This document shows, piece after piece, positions 20,702 to 31,473 of a DNA stretch of 64,000 nt (position 1 is the stretch's first letter; each line of letters opens with the position of its first letter). Location of the stretch: positions 384,001-448,000 of the forward strand of contig CAVSGI010000010.1 of the NCBI GenBank assembly GCA_963727445.1. The letters run 5' to 3'. The translations under genes and the position numbers were made by a program. This DNA is from an uncultured delta proteobacterium. GTDB taxonomy: Bacteria > Myxococcota_A > Polyangia > Polyangiales > B10-G4. The notes beneath the pieces are model-generated. The model was not told the origin of the DNA and did not search any database. It saw only the letters and a list, made by a program, of their open reading frames with translations.

Positions 20702-22133
20702 GAAACGGTGCATGGGATCGGGGGCGCGGGAGGGGGAGGCGGTCTCGGGTCTCGCGACCGACCTCTATCAGCTGACGATGGCTGCGGGCTATCAGCACCA
20801 TCGCATGGCGGGTACGCGCGCTACCTTTCACCTCTTCTTTCGAAGGGCCCCCTTCGGCGGCGCCTTCGCGGTGGCCGCCGGGCTGGCCGACGCGCTCGAA
20901 TCCCTGACGCGCCTCCGCTTCGCGGCCGAGGATCTCGACTACCTCTCGCGCCTCGAGAGCCAGAGCGGAGCGCCGCTCTTTTCGGAGGGTTTCATCGACC
21001 GCCTGAGAATGTTTCGCGTCGCCCTCGACATCGACGCCGTGCCGGAGGGAACGGTCGTCTTCCCGTCGGAGCCTCTGCTTCGGGTGAGCGGCGACCTCCT
21101 CACCTGCCAGCTCGTCGAAACGCTCCTCTTGTCGATCGTGGGCTATCAGACCCTCGTGGCCACCAAAGCGGCGCGCATCAAGATCGCGGCAGCGGAGGCG
21201 CCGGTGCTCGAGCTCGGCTTTCGGCGCGCGCATGGTCCGGGTGCGGCCCTCGCCGCCTCTCGCGCGGCCTTCGTCGGCGGCGTCGATGCCACCTCGAACG
21301 TGCTCGCCGGTCGGCGCTACGACATCCCCGTGCGCGGCACGCATGCCCACTCGTGGGTGATGGCTTTCGGCGACGAGCGGCGCGCCTTCGACGCCTACGC
21401 CGAGGCGATGCCGGACGACTCGGTCTTCCTCGTCGACACCTACGAGACTCAGACCGGGATCGGGCACGCCATCGCGGCCGCGCACGCCATGCGGGCACGC
21501 GGCCGGGCGCTTCGCGCCATTCGCCTCGACTCCGGTGATCTCGCGGAGCTCTCGAAGCGCGCCCGGGCGCGCCTCGATGCCGCGGGGCTCGAGGGGGTGA
21601 AGATCATCGCCTCGAACGATCTCGACGAGCATCGCATCAGCGCGCTGCGCGCGGCGAGCGCGCCCATCGACGTCTACGGCGTCGGCACGCGCCTCGTCAC
21701 CGGCGGTGCGCAGCCCTCTCTCGGCGCGGTGTACAAGCTCGGCGCCATCGAGGAGGGCGGGGTGTGGTCACCGCGAATGAAGATCTCGAGTGACCGCGAA
21801 AAGCGCTCCCTGCCTGGGCGGGTCGCCATCAGGCGTCATTTCCGACACGGCCGCCCCACCCACGACGTCCTCTACGACGTCGATCAGGTACCGCGAGTGG
21901 CTGCTGGCGAGAGCATCGACCTCCTGGTGCCGGTGATGCGCGGGGGCGCCCCGACGGGGCGTTCGCCCAGCCTCGCCGCGCTGCGCGAGCGCGCTCTCGG
22001 GGGCGTGGCACGCCTCCCCGCGGAAGTCGCGCGATTGGCCTCTCCCCTGCGATACTCCGTCAACGATGACGAGGGACTCGCGTCCCTCCGGGCCCGGCTG
22101 GGCGATGATGCTCACCAGGCCAAGGCCAGCTGA
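20700..22133 (+). CDS. pncB: Nicotinate phosphoribosyltransferase
   Basis: TDLYQLTM, GFRRAH, GTHAHSWV, LVDTY, IRLDSGD, ASNDLDE, GVGT; start 20700 or 20712. Confidence 0.95.
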   Translation: MKRCMGSGAREGEAVSGLATDLYQLTMAAGYQHHRMAGTRATFHLFFRRAPFGGAFAVAAGLADALESLTRLRFAAEDLDYLSRLESQSGAPLFSEGFIDRLRMFRVALDIDAVPEGTVVFPSEPLLRVSGDLLTCQLVETLLLSIVGYQTLVATKAARIKIAAAEAPVLELGFRRAHGPGAALAASRAAFVGGVDATSNVLAGRRYDIPVRGTHAHSWVMAFGDERRAFDAYAEAMPDDSVFLVDTYETQTGIGHAIAAAHAMRARGRALRAIRLDSGDLAELSKRARARLDAAGLEGVKIIASNDLDEHRISALRAASAPIDVYGVGTRLVTGGAQPSLGAVYKLGAIEEGGVWSPRMKISSDREKRSLPGRVAIRRHFRHGRPTHDVLYDVDQVPRVAAGESIDLLVPVMRGGAPTGRSPSLAALRERALGGVARLPAEVARLASPLRYSVNDDEGLASLRARLGDDAHQAKAS

Positions 22134-22136
22134 ACC

Positions 22137-24143
22137 ATGCGTCATGTACACGTAGGCGTCGCCGCTCTGAACCAGACCCCGCTCGATTGGCGGCAAAACG
22201 TCGACAACGTGCTGGCGGCGATCGAAGAGGCGAAGAAGGCGGACGTGAGCGTCCTGTGCCTGCCGGAGCTCTGCCTCACCGGCTACGGCTGCGAGGACAT
22301 GTTCCACTCTCTCGACGTAGCCGCGCGCGCCGCACGCGTGCTCTTCGACGAGGTGGCGCCGGCGACGCGGGGCATGGTCGTGTCGGTGGGTTTGCCCATT
22401 CATCACCTGGGCGCCGTCTACAACGCGGCCGCGGTGTGCGTGGACGGCCACGTGGTCGGCATGGTGGCCAAGCAGAACCTCGCCGGTGACGGCATCCACT
22501 ACGAGCCGCGTTGGTTCAAGCCCTGGCCCGCCGCGCAGCGCACGGTGGTGGAGCTCGCGGGCCGCGAGGTTCCCGTCGGCGACTACATCTTCGACGTGGG
22601 CGGCATCCGCCTGGGGTTCGAGATCTGCGAGGACGCGTGGGTCGCCAACCGCCCCGGCGGCCGCCTCGCGCACCGCGGCGTGGACATCGTGCTCAACCCG
22701 AGCGCCAGCCACTTTGCTTTCGGCAAGCAGGAGGTGAGGCGACGCTTCGTCCTCGAGGGCTCGCGCGCCTTCGGTGTCGCCTATCTCTACGCGAACCTCC
22801 TCGGCAACGAGGCGGGGCGCGCGCTCTACGACGGGGGCACGATGATCGCCTCCGAGGGCACGATGCTCATCGAGGGGCCTCGTTTCACCTTCGCGCTCTT
22901 CTCGATGAGTCACGCCGTGGTCGACGTCGACGCGCTTCGGATGAAGCGCGCGCGGCTCAGCAGCTTCATCCCGGGCGTCGCCACCGAAGGCGCGATCGAG
23001 GTGCGCTTCGCGCTGCCCCAGGCCGAAACGAGTGAGCCCGGCCACGACCGGCCGGCGTGGGACGTGGGCGAGCGGGTGGACGAAGAGGAGTTCACCCGCG
23101 CCATCGCCCTCGGTCTCTTCGACTACTTGCGCAAGGCGCGCTCCCGCGGCTACGTGGTGAGCCTCTCGGGGGGCGCCGACTCGGCGGCCTGCGCGATCCT
23201 GGTCGCCCAAATGGTCGAGCTCTCGGCGAGCGAGCTGGGGATCGCGCGCGTGTGCGAGCGCCTCGGGCACGTGCCGGGGCTCTCGGACGCGCCGGACGCC
23301 CGAACGCTCGTGTCGCGGCTCCTCACCACGGCCTACCAGGCCACCGCGAACAGCGGCGAGGTCACCCGCGAGGCCGCGCGCGCCGTCGCCGAGGCCATCG
23401 GCGCCACGCATCACGAGCTCGACGTCGACGGATTGGTGCGCGGCTACGTCTCCATGGTCGAGGAAGCGCTCGGGCGGAAGCTCGACTGGGAGCACGACGA
23501 CATCGCGCTCCAGAACATCCAGGCCCGGGTGCGCAGCCCCGGCATCTGGCTCATCGCCAACGTCGAGTCGAAGATCCTCCTCAGCACCTCGAACCGCTCC
23601 GAAGCGGCGGTCGGCTACGCGACCATGGACGGAGACACCTCCGGGGGTCTGTCGCCCATCGCTGGCATCGACAAGGCGTTCCTTCGCACCTGGCTCGAGT
23701 GGATGGAGACGGCGGGCCCGACCGGCGGCGCGCCGCTCCCCCCGCTCTCGCACGTCAACGCGCAGCAGCCGACCGCCGAGCTCCGCCCCGCCGCGGCCGG
23801 GCAGACCGACGAAGGCGATCTCATGCCCTATCCACTCCTCGACGCCATCGAGGACGAAGCGATCGGCGGAAAGAAGTCGCCGACCGAGGTCTACGAGACG
23901 GTTCGCGTGCGCTTCCCGGCGGCCGATCCCGAGCAGCTGCGCCTGTGGGTACGTCGCTTCTTCACGCTCTGGTGCCGCAATCAGTGGAAGCGCGAGCGTT
24001 ACGCGCCGTCCTTCCACGTCGACGACAAGAACCTCGACCCCAAGACCTGGTGCCGCTTCCCGATCCTCTCCGGCGGCTTCGCGCTCGAGCTCGCCGAGCT
24101 CGACGCCTTCGTCGCGGGCCAGATCGGCGGAGGTGGCGACTGA
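22137..24143 (+). CDS. nadE: Glutamine-dependent NAD+ synthetase
   Basis: Nitrilase-type domain ([13 protein letters not shown]) fused to a synthetase domain ([28 protein letters not shown]). Confidence 0.96.
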   Translation: MRHVHVGVAALNQTPLDWRQNVDNVLAAIEEAKKADVSVLCLPELCLTGYGCEDMFHSLDVAARAARVLFDEVAPATRGMVVSVGLPIHHLGAVYNAAAVCVDGHVVGMVAKQNLAGDGIHYEPRWFKPWPAAQRTVVELAGREVPVGDYIFDVGGIRLGFEICEDAWVANRPGGRLAHRGVDIVLNPSASHFAFGKQEVRRRFVLEGSRAFGVAYLYANLLGNEAGRALYDGGTMIASEGTMLIEGPRFTFALFSMSHAVVDVDALRMKRARLSSFIPGVATEGAIEVRFALPQAETSEPGHDRPAWDVGERVDEEEFTRAIALGLFDYLRKARSRGYVVSLSGGADSAACAILVAQMVELSASELGIARVCERLGHVPGLSDAPDARTLVSRLLTTAYQATANSGEVTREAARAVAEAIGATHHELDVDGLVRGYVSMVEEALGRKLDWEHDDIALQNIQARVRSPGIWLIANVESKILLSTSNRSEAAVGYATMDGDTSGGLSPIAGIDKAFLRTWLEWMETAGPTGGAPLPPLSHVNAQQPTAELRPAAAGQTDEGDLMPYPLLDAIEDEAIGGKKSPTEVYETVRVRFPAADPEQLRLWVRRFFTLWCRNQWKRERYAPSFHVDDKNLDPKTWCRFPILSGGFALELAELDAFVAGQIGGGGD

Positions 24144-24835
24144 TGGCGCACACCTACGAGTACCCGCGCCCCGCGGTCACCGTGGACTGCGTCGTCTTCG
24201 GGCTCGACGACGCGGGGCTGCGCGTCCTGTTGATCGAACGTGGCGGCCCTCCCTTCGAAGGGGACTGGGCGCTCCCGGGCGGCTTCGTGCGCATGGACGA
24301 AGACCTCGAAGAGGCCGCGCGCCGCGAGCTCGCCGAGGAGACGGGCCTCGAGGAGGTCTTCCTCGAGCAGCTCTACACCTTCGGCGCCGTCGATCGCGAT
24401 CCCCGAGGCCGCGTGGTGTCGGTGGCGTATTACGCGCTCACCAACATCCGTGATCATCGGGTCCGCGCCGCGACCGACGCCCGCGATGCGGCGTGGTTCG
24501 AGGTGGGCAAGCTCCCGGGCCTGGCCTTCGATCACGACGGCATCATCACCGCCGCCATCGAGCGCCTGCGGGGCAAGATCGCCTACCGCCCCATCGGCTT
24601 CGAGCTGCTGCCGAAGAAGTTCACCCTCACGCAGCTCCAGCACCTGTACGAGACGATCCTCCAGCGGGAGCTCGACAAGCGAAACTTCCGCAAGAAGGTG
24701 CTCTCCCTCGGTCTTCTGGTGGCGCTCGACGAGCTCGAGAAGGACGTCCCGCGCCGCCGCGCCCGCTTGTATCGCTTCGACAAGAAGAAGTACCGCCAGC
24801 TCGAACGCGAAGGCTTCGAGCTACAGATCGCCTGA
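24143..24835 (+). CDS. nrtR: Nudix-related transcriptional regulator
   Basis: Nudix box LPGGFV...[24 protein letters not shown], w[14 protein letters not shown]...DKRNFRKK; lies inside the NAD operon. Confidence 0.92.
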   Translation: MAHTYEYPRPAVTVDCVVFGLDDAGLRVLLIERGGPPFEGDWALPGGFVRMDEDLEEAARRELAEETGLEEVFLEQLYTFGAVDRDPRGRVVSVAYYALTNIRDHRVRAATDARDAAWFEVGKLPGLAFDHDGIITAAIERLRGKIAYRPIGFELLPKKFTLTQLQHLYETILQRELDKRNFRKKVLSLGLLVALDELEKDVPRRRARLYRFDKKKYRQLEREGFELQIA

Positions 24836-24929
24836 GCCGCTCCGCTTCCGCGTGAGCGCGAGTCAGGCAAACGGCTGGGGCTCGAGTCGCCCCGAGAGGC
24901 CGCCCCTCGCCCGCGAAAGGAGTCATCTC

Positions 24930-25559
24930 GTGGCAAGAGCGTTGATCCTCGTCGACATCCAGAACGACTTCATGCCCGGAGGGCCCCTCGGGGTCGCCGG
25001 AGGCGACGAGGTCGTCCCCATCGCCAACCGCCTGATGCGCCACTTCGCATGGGTGGTCGCGACACGCGACTTCCACCCCGCGGACCACCAGAGCTTCGCG
25101 TCGATGCATCCGGGGCGCAGCGTGGGCGAGCGCATCGTGCTCCACGGTCAGGGGCAGGTGCTGTGGCCGGACCACTGCGTTCAGACGACCCCTGGCTCGG
25201 AGCTCGTCGCGACGCTCGACCGGGACGGCATCGACGCCGTCTTCGTGAAGGGCGGCGACCCGGAGGTGGACAGCTACAGCGGCTTCTTCGATGGTGCGCG
25301 ACGGCACGACACCGGGCTCGACGCCTGGCTTCGCGCCCGGGACGTGCGCGAGCTCTTCCTGGCGGGCGTCGCCACCGATTACTGCGTCGCCGCGACGGCC
25401 CTCGATGCGGTGAGCCTCGGCTATCACACCAGGGTGGTCGTGGATGCATGCCGCGGCGTGGAGCTCGCCTCGGGAGACGTGGCGCGCACCCTCCGGCGCC
25501 TCGAGGCGCAGGGTGTGAGGATCGTCTCGTCCGAGGCGTTGATCGCCGCCGGCGATTGA
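24930..25559 (+). CDS. pncA: Nicotinamidase/pyrazinamidase
   Basis: AAGGAG RBS, GTG start, VDIQNDF, DFHP, WPDHC, YSGF, ATDYCV. Confidence 0.95.
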   Translation: MARALILVDIQNDFMPGGPLGVAGGDEVVPIANRLMRHFAWVVATRDFHPADHQSFASMHPGRSVGERIVLHGQGQVLWPDHCVQTTPGSELVATLDRDGIDAVFVKGGDPEVDSYSGFFDGARRHDTGLDAWLRARDVRELFLAGVATDYCVAATALDAVSLGYHTRVVVDACRGVELASGDVARTLRRLEAQGVRIVSSEALIAAGD

Positions 25560-25591
25560 CCTCGAAAGGCATCCACCCGAGAGTCCTCGCC

Positions 25592-25957
25592 ATGGCGGAG
25601 GACAAAGCGACGGTGACGCCGGAAGAGCTCCGGGCCCCACGAGGCGCTCGGGTCGTGGAGATCGTGTGGGCCGATGGGGCGACCACCCCGATCCACCATC
25701 GGACCCTTCGCGGCTTCTGCCCCTGCGCCCATTGTCAGGGCCATCAGGGGCCCATCGAATGGGTGGAGGGGATGGCCAGCCTGCCGGACGCCGCCCTCGA
25801 GCTCGTGGAGATCGCCGAGGTCGGTCAGTACGCCGTCCAGCTCGGCTGGGGCGACGGTCACAGCACCGGGATCTACAGCTTTTCGTACCTGAGGGAGCTG
25901 GCCGGGCTCGAGGCGTTGCCCGAGGCGGAGAGGAAAGCGCGGAAGCTGAGCCGCTGA
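25592..25957 (+). CDS. DUF971 / GBBH N-terminal-like domain protein
   Basis: LRGFCPCAHC, VGQYAV, WGDGHSTGIYSF. Confidence 0.88.
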   Translation: MAEDKATVTPEELRAPRGARVVEIVWADGATTPIHHRTLRGFCPCAHCQGHQGPIEWVEGMASLPDAALELVEIAEVGQYAVQLGWGDGHSTGIYSFSYLRELAGLEALPEAERKARKLSR

Positions 25958-26112
25958 GGCCACGGGATCACGCTCCTTTTGGGCCGTGAGGGTCCTGGGG
26001 GCCGCTCCCGAGAAACCCTTGCGTTTTCGGCGCCTTCGTGGCAAAAACCGCCGTCCGAAAATTCGCCCGGGGGGCGGATGATCGAGTCTCCTCGAAGGGG
26101 GGGTTAGCCAAG

Positions 26113-27075
26113 ATGAGCGCCAAGCGGAAGACGCCCGCGAAGAAGGCCACCAAGAAGGCCGCCAAGAAGAAGGCGCCCGCCCGAAAGGCGGCGAAGAAGC
26201 CCGCCAAGAAGGCGGCCAAGAAGAAGGCGCCGGCCAAGAAGGCGAAGAAGGCGGCCAAGAAGAAGGCACCTGCCAAGAAGGCGGCGAAGAAAGCCACCAA
26301 GAAGAAGGCGCCTGCCAAGAAGGCGAAGAAGGCCGTGAAGAAGAAGGCGCCTGCCAAGAAGAAGGCGGCGCCCGCGAAGAAGAAGAAGGCGTCCGCCAAG
26401 AAGAAGGCGGCGAAGAAGGCCACCAAGAAGAAGGCGCCTGCCAAGAAGAAGGCGCCTGCCAAGAAGGCGGTTGCCAAGAAGGCGGTTGCCAAGAAGGCGC
26501 CTGCCAAGAAGGCGGTTGCCAAGAAGGCCACGCCCAAGAAGGCGAGCAAGGGTGCCTTCGGCAAGAAGGTGGCGAAGGCGATCACGCCTTTCGAGACCAA
26601 GCCGCCCGCGCCCGAGCCGCCGCCGCCGCCCGCGCCGCCGCCCCGAAAGTACAAGCCGGTGAAGGCCGAGGTCGATGGGGTGACGATTCGCTCCCATCCC
26701 TTCTCGGAGCTCACCGCCCCGCAGCTCAAGCGCCTCTACGGGATGCTCCTCGACAAGCGCCGTCAGATCCAGGCTTCGCGCCAGCAGCGCCTCGACGAGG
26801 CGATCACCAACACCGAGTCGCTCGCAGACGACATCGACATTGCCCAGCGGCACACCGAGCAGGCTTCGCTGATGCGCTTCGCCGACAAGGAGCGCAAGCT
26901 CCTCGACGAGATCAACCACGCCCTCGAGAAGCTCCTCGACACGGGTGAGTACGGCGTCTGCGAAGGCACCGAAGAGCCGATCTCGATCAAGCGTCTCGAA
27001 GTGCGCCCCTGGACTCGCTACTCGGTCGCCTACAAGGAGCAGATTGAGCGCGAGCGCAAGCAGCATCGGCGGTAG
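26113..27075 (+). CDS. DksA/TraR family regulator with a long histone H1-like Lys/Ala N-terminus
   Basis: About 150 aa of KKAPAKK repeats, coiled coil with LADDIDIA tip, [28 protein letters not shown]. Confidence 0.9.
   Translation: MSAKRKTPAKKATKKAAKKKAPARKAAKKPAKKAAKKKAPAKKAKKAAKKKAPAKKAAKKATKKKAPAKKAKKAVKKKAPAKKKAAPAKKKKASAKKKAAKKATKKKAPAKKKAPAKKAVAKKAVAKKAPAKKAVAKKATPKKASKGAFGKKVAKAITPFETKPPAPEPPPPPAPPPRKYKPVKAEVDGVTIRSHPFSELTAPQLKRLYGMLLDKRRQIQASRQQRLDEAITNTESLADDIDIAQRHTEQASLMRFADKERKLLDEINHALEKLLDTGEYGVCEGTEEPISIKRLEVRPWTRYSVAYKEQIERERKQHRR
26119..26550. repeat. Low-complexity repeat (aagaaggcgcctgcc-type) encoding [10 protein letters not shown]
   Basis: Many imperfect 15-18 bp units, in frame. 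Confidence 0.9.
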
Positions 27076-27106
27076 GGGCGTCGCGTCGGGTTACCATCCG
27101 CTCACG

Positions 27107-27817
27107 TTGCACGCGCCTCCGAAATCGCTGTGCTGCATCCAGCTGCTCGCCTGGCTCTGCGCTTGCGGCTCCGTCGAGGAGCCAAGCACCGAGCCCATGC
27201 GCCCGACCCATCCGGCTGCGACGCCCGAGCCCGAGCCCGAGGCTCCGGCGAGCGAAGAGCCGGAGGTCGAGGCCAACGTCTACACGCCCGACCCCGAAGG
27301 CTTCGGGGACGATTGTGCGGATGACGCGTCCTGTGCGTGGAACGACCCCTGCGTGCCCACCCGCTGCGTCTCCGCCGTGAACGCGACCACCGATGTCGCT
27401 TGCGCCGAGTCGCGACCACCTCCAGGGAGCTGTCGCTGCCTCGGAGGCCACTGCACGCTCAAGCCGCAGGGCGAGGTGCCCCCTCCAGTTGAAGCGTGCT
27501 CGAGCAGCGCGCGTTGCGGACTCGATCAAGGGGCGGGCCGTTGCGTGGTGGGGAGCGGACGCCGTGCCAATGAGAGCACGCTGATCGAGGGACCGATGTG
27601 CAGGTGCGACGACGCCACGCGTCGCTGTTTCTTCGAGTGGCTCGACCCCGTCCCGTGCCGCCGCGATCGCGACTGCTGGTTCGACTACGACCCGCGCCTG
27701 CACCCGATCCGGCGTCCCCGAAGGGTCAGGAAGCCGTTTCGCCCTTGCGTGGACGGCGAGCATCCTCCGGTATGCCGGCTCGGCGTGTGCGCGTTCGGCC
27801 CTCCATACAGCTGCTGA
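27107..27817 (+). CDS. Cys-rich lipoprotein
   Basis: LCAC lipobox, Pro/Glu linker, many Cys; TTG start uncertain. Confidence 0.65.
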   Translation: MHAPPKSLCCIQLLAWLCACGSVEEPSTEPMRPTHPAATPEPEPEAPASEEPEVEANVYTPDPEGFGDDCADDASCAWNDPCVPTRCVSAVNATTDVACAESRPPPGSCRCLGGHCTLKPQGEVPPPVEACSSSARCGLDQGAGRCVVGSGRRANESTLIEGPMCRCDDATRRCFFEWLDPVPCRRDRDCWFDYDPRLHPIRRPRRVRKPFRPCVDGEHPPVCRLGVCAFGPPYSC

Positions 27818-27862
27818 TGGCCGTGGGCACGCCAAGCTCAGGTCGGGGAGCACGCGAAGGCC

Positions 27863-28415
27863 ATGGTCGGCCTGCCTCCACTTTCAGACGCGACCGTGGA
27901 ATCCCTCGAGTCACTGGAGATCGATTCGGCGAAGCTCACCGGCTGGGATGGCGTCTATGCACTCCAACGGCTGCGCAGTCTGGAGATCGGACCCAAGGTC
28001 AAGACCCTCCCTGACGGGATCGCAGGCCTCGCTTCACTCGAGCGGCTGATCGTTCGCAGCAAGCTGAAGACGCTCCCCGCCGATCTCGCGCGGCTGCCGG
28101 CGCTCACGCACCTTCGGATCGTGGACGCCGCCATGACCGCATTGCCCGAGGAGCTCGGTGCTCTCCCCCTCCAGGAGCTGGAGCTCAACAACACCAAGAA
28201 GGTCAAGGCGCTGCCGGAGTCGCTCGGGACCTGCGCCACCCTTCGGACGCTGAGGACCGTCGCCGTTCCGCTGAAGGCCCTGCCGGACGGCGTCTGGACG
28301 CTCCCCGACCTCTTCGGGCCGGGCCTGAAGCGCCTCTACCGCGGCCGCTTACGATGCGCTCTCGGACGAAGACCGGGAAGCCTTCGGAGCCCGTTTGAGC
28401 CCCGACTGGACGTGA
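27863..28415 (+). pseudogene. Leucine-rich repeat protein fragment
   Basis: LPDGIAGLASLERL, LPADLARLPAL, LPEELGALPL, LPESLG repeats; frame break near 28340, alternative frame ends AYDALSDEDREAFGARLSPDWT* at 28415. Confidence 0.65.
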
Positions 28416-28436
28416 GCTCGACTATAGTCCGCGGCC

Positions 28437-28979
28437 ATGAGCCTGCCCCGTATCACCTCTCGAGGGGTGCCGGAGATGCGCTCACTCCCCACGGAGCGAG
28501 GGCAGTGGCTGGCGCTCGCGCTGCTCCTTCCGTCACTCGTGGGGTGTAGCGGGGGACAGGCTGCAGAGACGGATCCGTCCGGCGCCCCCGGCGACTCGAC
28601 GTCCGGCGAGATGCGCCGCAGCACGGCCGATGAGGACGACGCGGTGGCTCGAACCGCCAGTGCCACCGAGCCGTCCGCGCCGGGGGAGCAGGGGTGCCAC
28701 GCGGCCGACGAGTGCACGTTGACGCTCTGGTTCTGCAGTCCTTGCGACCCCTGTCCGAATACGCGGTCGCGCGCCGTCCTCGTCTCCTCTGCCGCGACCG
28801 CGCGCGACGAGTGCGAGTGGACCGACTACACCGGGCCACAGCCCGAGTGCGAGCCATGCCCGGCACCCGACCCGGATTTTCGCGATTGGACGGCGGTCGC
28901 ATGCGTGGACGGCCGCTGCGTCGCGCACACGCTGGGCCCGAGCGATGCGGAGACGCTCGAAGAGGTGCGTTCTCCCTGA
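28437..28979 (+). CDS. Cys-rich lipoprotein
   Basis: LVGC lipobox, CxxxDEC...CxPCxPC...ACVDGRC; start 28437 or 28476. Confidence 0.7.
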   Translation: MSLPRITSRGVPEMRSLPTERGQWLALALLLPSLVGCSGGQAAETDPSGAPGDSTSGEMRRSTADEDDAVARTASATEPSAPGEQGCHAADECTLTLWFCSPCDPCPNTRSRAVLVSSAATARDECEWTDYTGPQPECEPCPAPDPDFRDWTAVACVDGRCVAHTLGPSDAETLEEVRSP

Positions 28980-29116
28980 AGGTTGGGAGATCTCGATCAC
29001 GCACAGCTTCGAGCTGCAGCGAGCAGAACTGGTGGAGCGGGAGCAACGGTCAGTGGACCGGCATCGGCGTCAGGCGCCTTGACCGAACGTCGTTCACGCG
29101 GGATCCAGAGCCACGA

Positions 29117-30358
<1,242 letters not shown>

Positions 30359-30413
30359 CCCTCGAGGGGATACCCTCCTGCTGCGCCTCGGCGTGGGCGG
30401 CGCTCTCGTACTC
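30359..30413 (-). pseudogene. 55-bp degenerate remnant of the RAYT transposase gene
   Basis: Aligns with 31997..32052; encodes EYESAAHAEAQQEGI versus EYERAAHAEAAQEGI. Confidence 0.7.
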
Positions 30414-30587
30414 AGTCGGGAAGCGCGTCGGTCTCGCGTCTCAGCAAGGCGGTGAAGAAATCCTTCTCGCTGCAGGGCTTCGATACCACGAGAAGGAGAT
30501 GGCCCTGGCCACACCAGGAGCCGGTCGTGGCCAGGTGTGACACCGCTCGAGGTGGCTGTCTTCCCAGTGATTCTGGGGGCCGGGGAC

Positions 30588-30603
30588 TGGCAAGGGGGTT
30601 GCT
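30588..30603 (+). promoter_or_regulatory. Sigma54 -24/-12 promoter
   Basis: TGGCAA-GGGGG-TTGCT with correct GG/GC spacing; AGGAGG RBS and ATG 30628 just downstream. Confidence 0.8.
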
Positions 30604-30627
30604 ACGCGGCGTGGCAGGAGGCCAGTC

Positions 30628-31440
30628 ATGCGTTTTGTCTCGTTCGGGCTCGCGGGAGCCCTCGTCGCCCTCGGCGGTTGTTCCGCCGCCGTTCCGTCCT
30701 CGGGGATCACCAAGGAGGAGGCACGCGCCCAGGGGGGCAAGGCGGACGATGGTGAGGACTTCTGCGAGCTCTTCGGCTGGTACGGCGACGGCGAGTGCGA
30801 TGACTTCTGCCCGGCGCACGACCCCGACTGCTCTCCCGCGTGCCCCGCGACGGGCGTGCTGTGCACGACCGACTGCCCTGAGTCGGGCCGCCTGCCGGGC
30901 GGAGCGCCCTGCACCTTCGGCGACTTCGACACGGAGACGTGCGAATGCAATTCGATCCCGTGCGGCGGCTGGATCGGCGCATGCCCGAGCGCCGACCTCG
31001 AGTGCGTCGACGATCCGAGCGACTCATGCGACCCGGCGGCGGGTGGCCGCGACTGCAGCGGCATCTGCCAGCCTGCCCCGGAGACGCCCGAGTGCCCGCC
31101 CACCGGCGTCCTGTGCACGCCCGACTGCACCGACGGCCGCACTCCGGGCGGCGCACCCTGCCAGCGGGGCACCTTCGACGAGACCACCTGCGCCTGCACG
31201 CCTGTCGAGGAGCCGCCCCCGCCCATGGAGTGCCCGCCCACCGGCGTCCTGTGCACGCCCGACTGCACCGACGGCCGCACCCCGGGCGGCGCACCCTGCC
31301 AGCGGGGCACCTTCGACGAGACCACCTGCGAGTGCACCCCCGTTCCCGACGACTGCCGCACGACCGGCTGCGAAGACGGAAGCAGTTGCTCGTTCTGCTG
31401 GGGACACTACGCCTGCGTTCCAGAAGGCGCGCTCTGCTGA
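30628..31440 (+). CDS. Cys-rich repeat lipoprotein with GGKAD motif
   Basis: LGGC lipobox, GGKAD, WYGDGECDDFCPAHDPDC module, three CPxTGVLCT...GGAPC...FD..TC.C units. Confidence 0.85.
   Translation: MRFVSFGLAGALVALGGCSAAVPSSGITKEEARAQGGKADDGEDFCELFGWYGDGECDDFCPAHDPDCSPACPATGVLCTTDCPESGRLPGGAPCTFGDFDTETCECNSIPCGGWIGACPSADLECVDDPSDSCDPAAGGRDCSGICQPAPETPECPPTGVLCTPDCTDGRTPGGAPCQRGTFDETTCACTPVEEPPPPMECPPTGVLCTPDCTDGRTPGGAPCQRGTFDETTCECTPVPDDCRTTGCEDGSSCSFCWGHYACVPEGALC
31090..31330. repeat. 103-bp intragenic direct repeat (31090-31192 and 31228-31330), one mismatch
   Basis: Near-identical copies at a 138-bp period. Confidence 0.9.
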
Positions 31441-31473
31441 ATCGGGGGGGGTCGCGACCGGGGAGATCGGGGA

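Noticed and set aside
26119..26550. Repeat tracts (also 13456-13625, 31090-31330, 46608-46710) as CRISPR-like arrays
   Set aside because: All are in-frame coding repeats without unique spacers; no cas genes are present
27825..27840. TGGGCACGCCAAGCT as a sigma54 promoter for the LRR gene
   Set aside because: GG-to-GC spacing is 1-2 bp short of the strict -24/-12 distance
30412..30530. Minus-strand VVSKPCSEKDFFTALL resembling a receiver-domain tail
   Set aside because: Too short, with no start or remaining domain; cannot be supported
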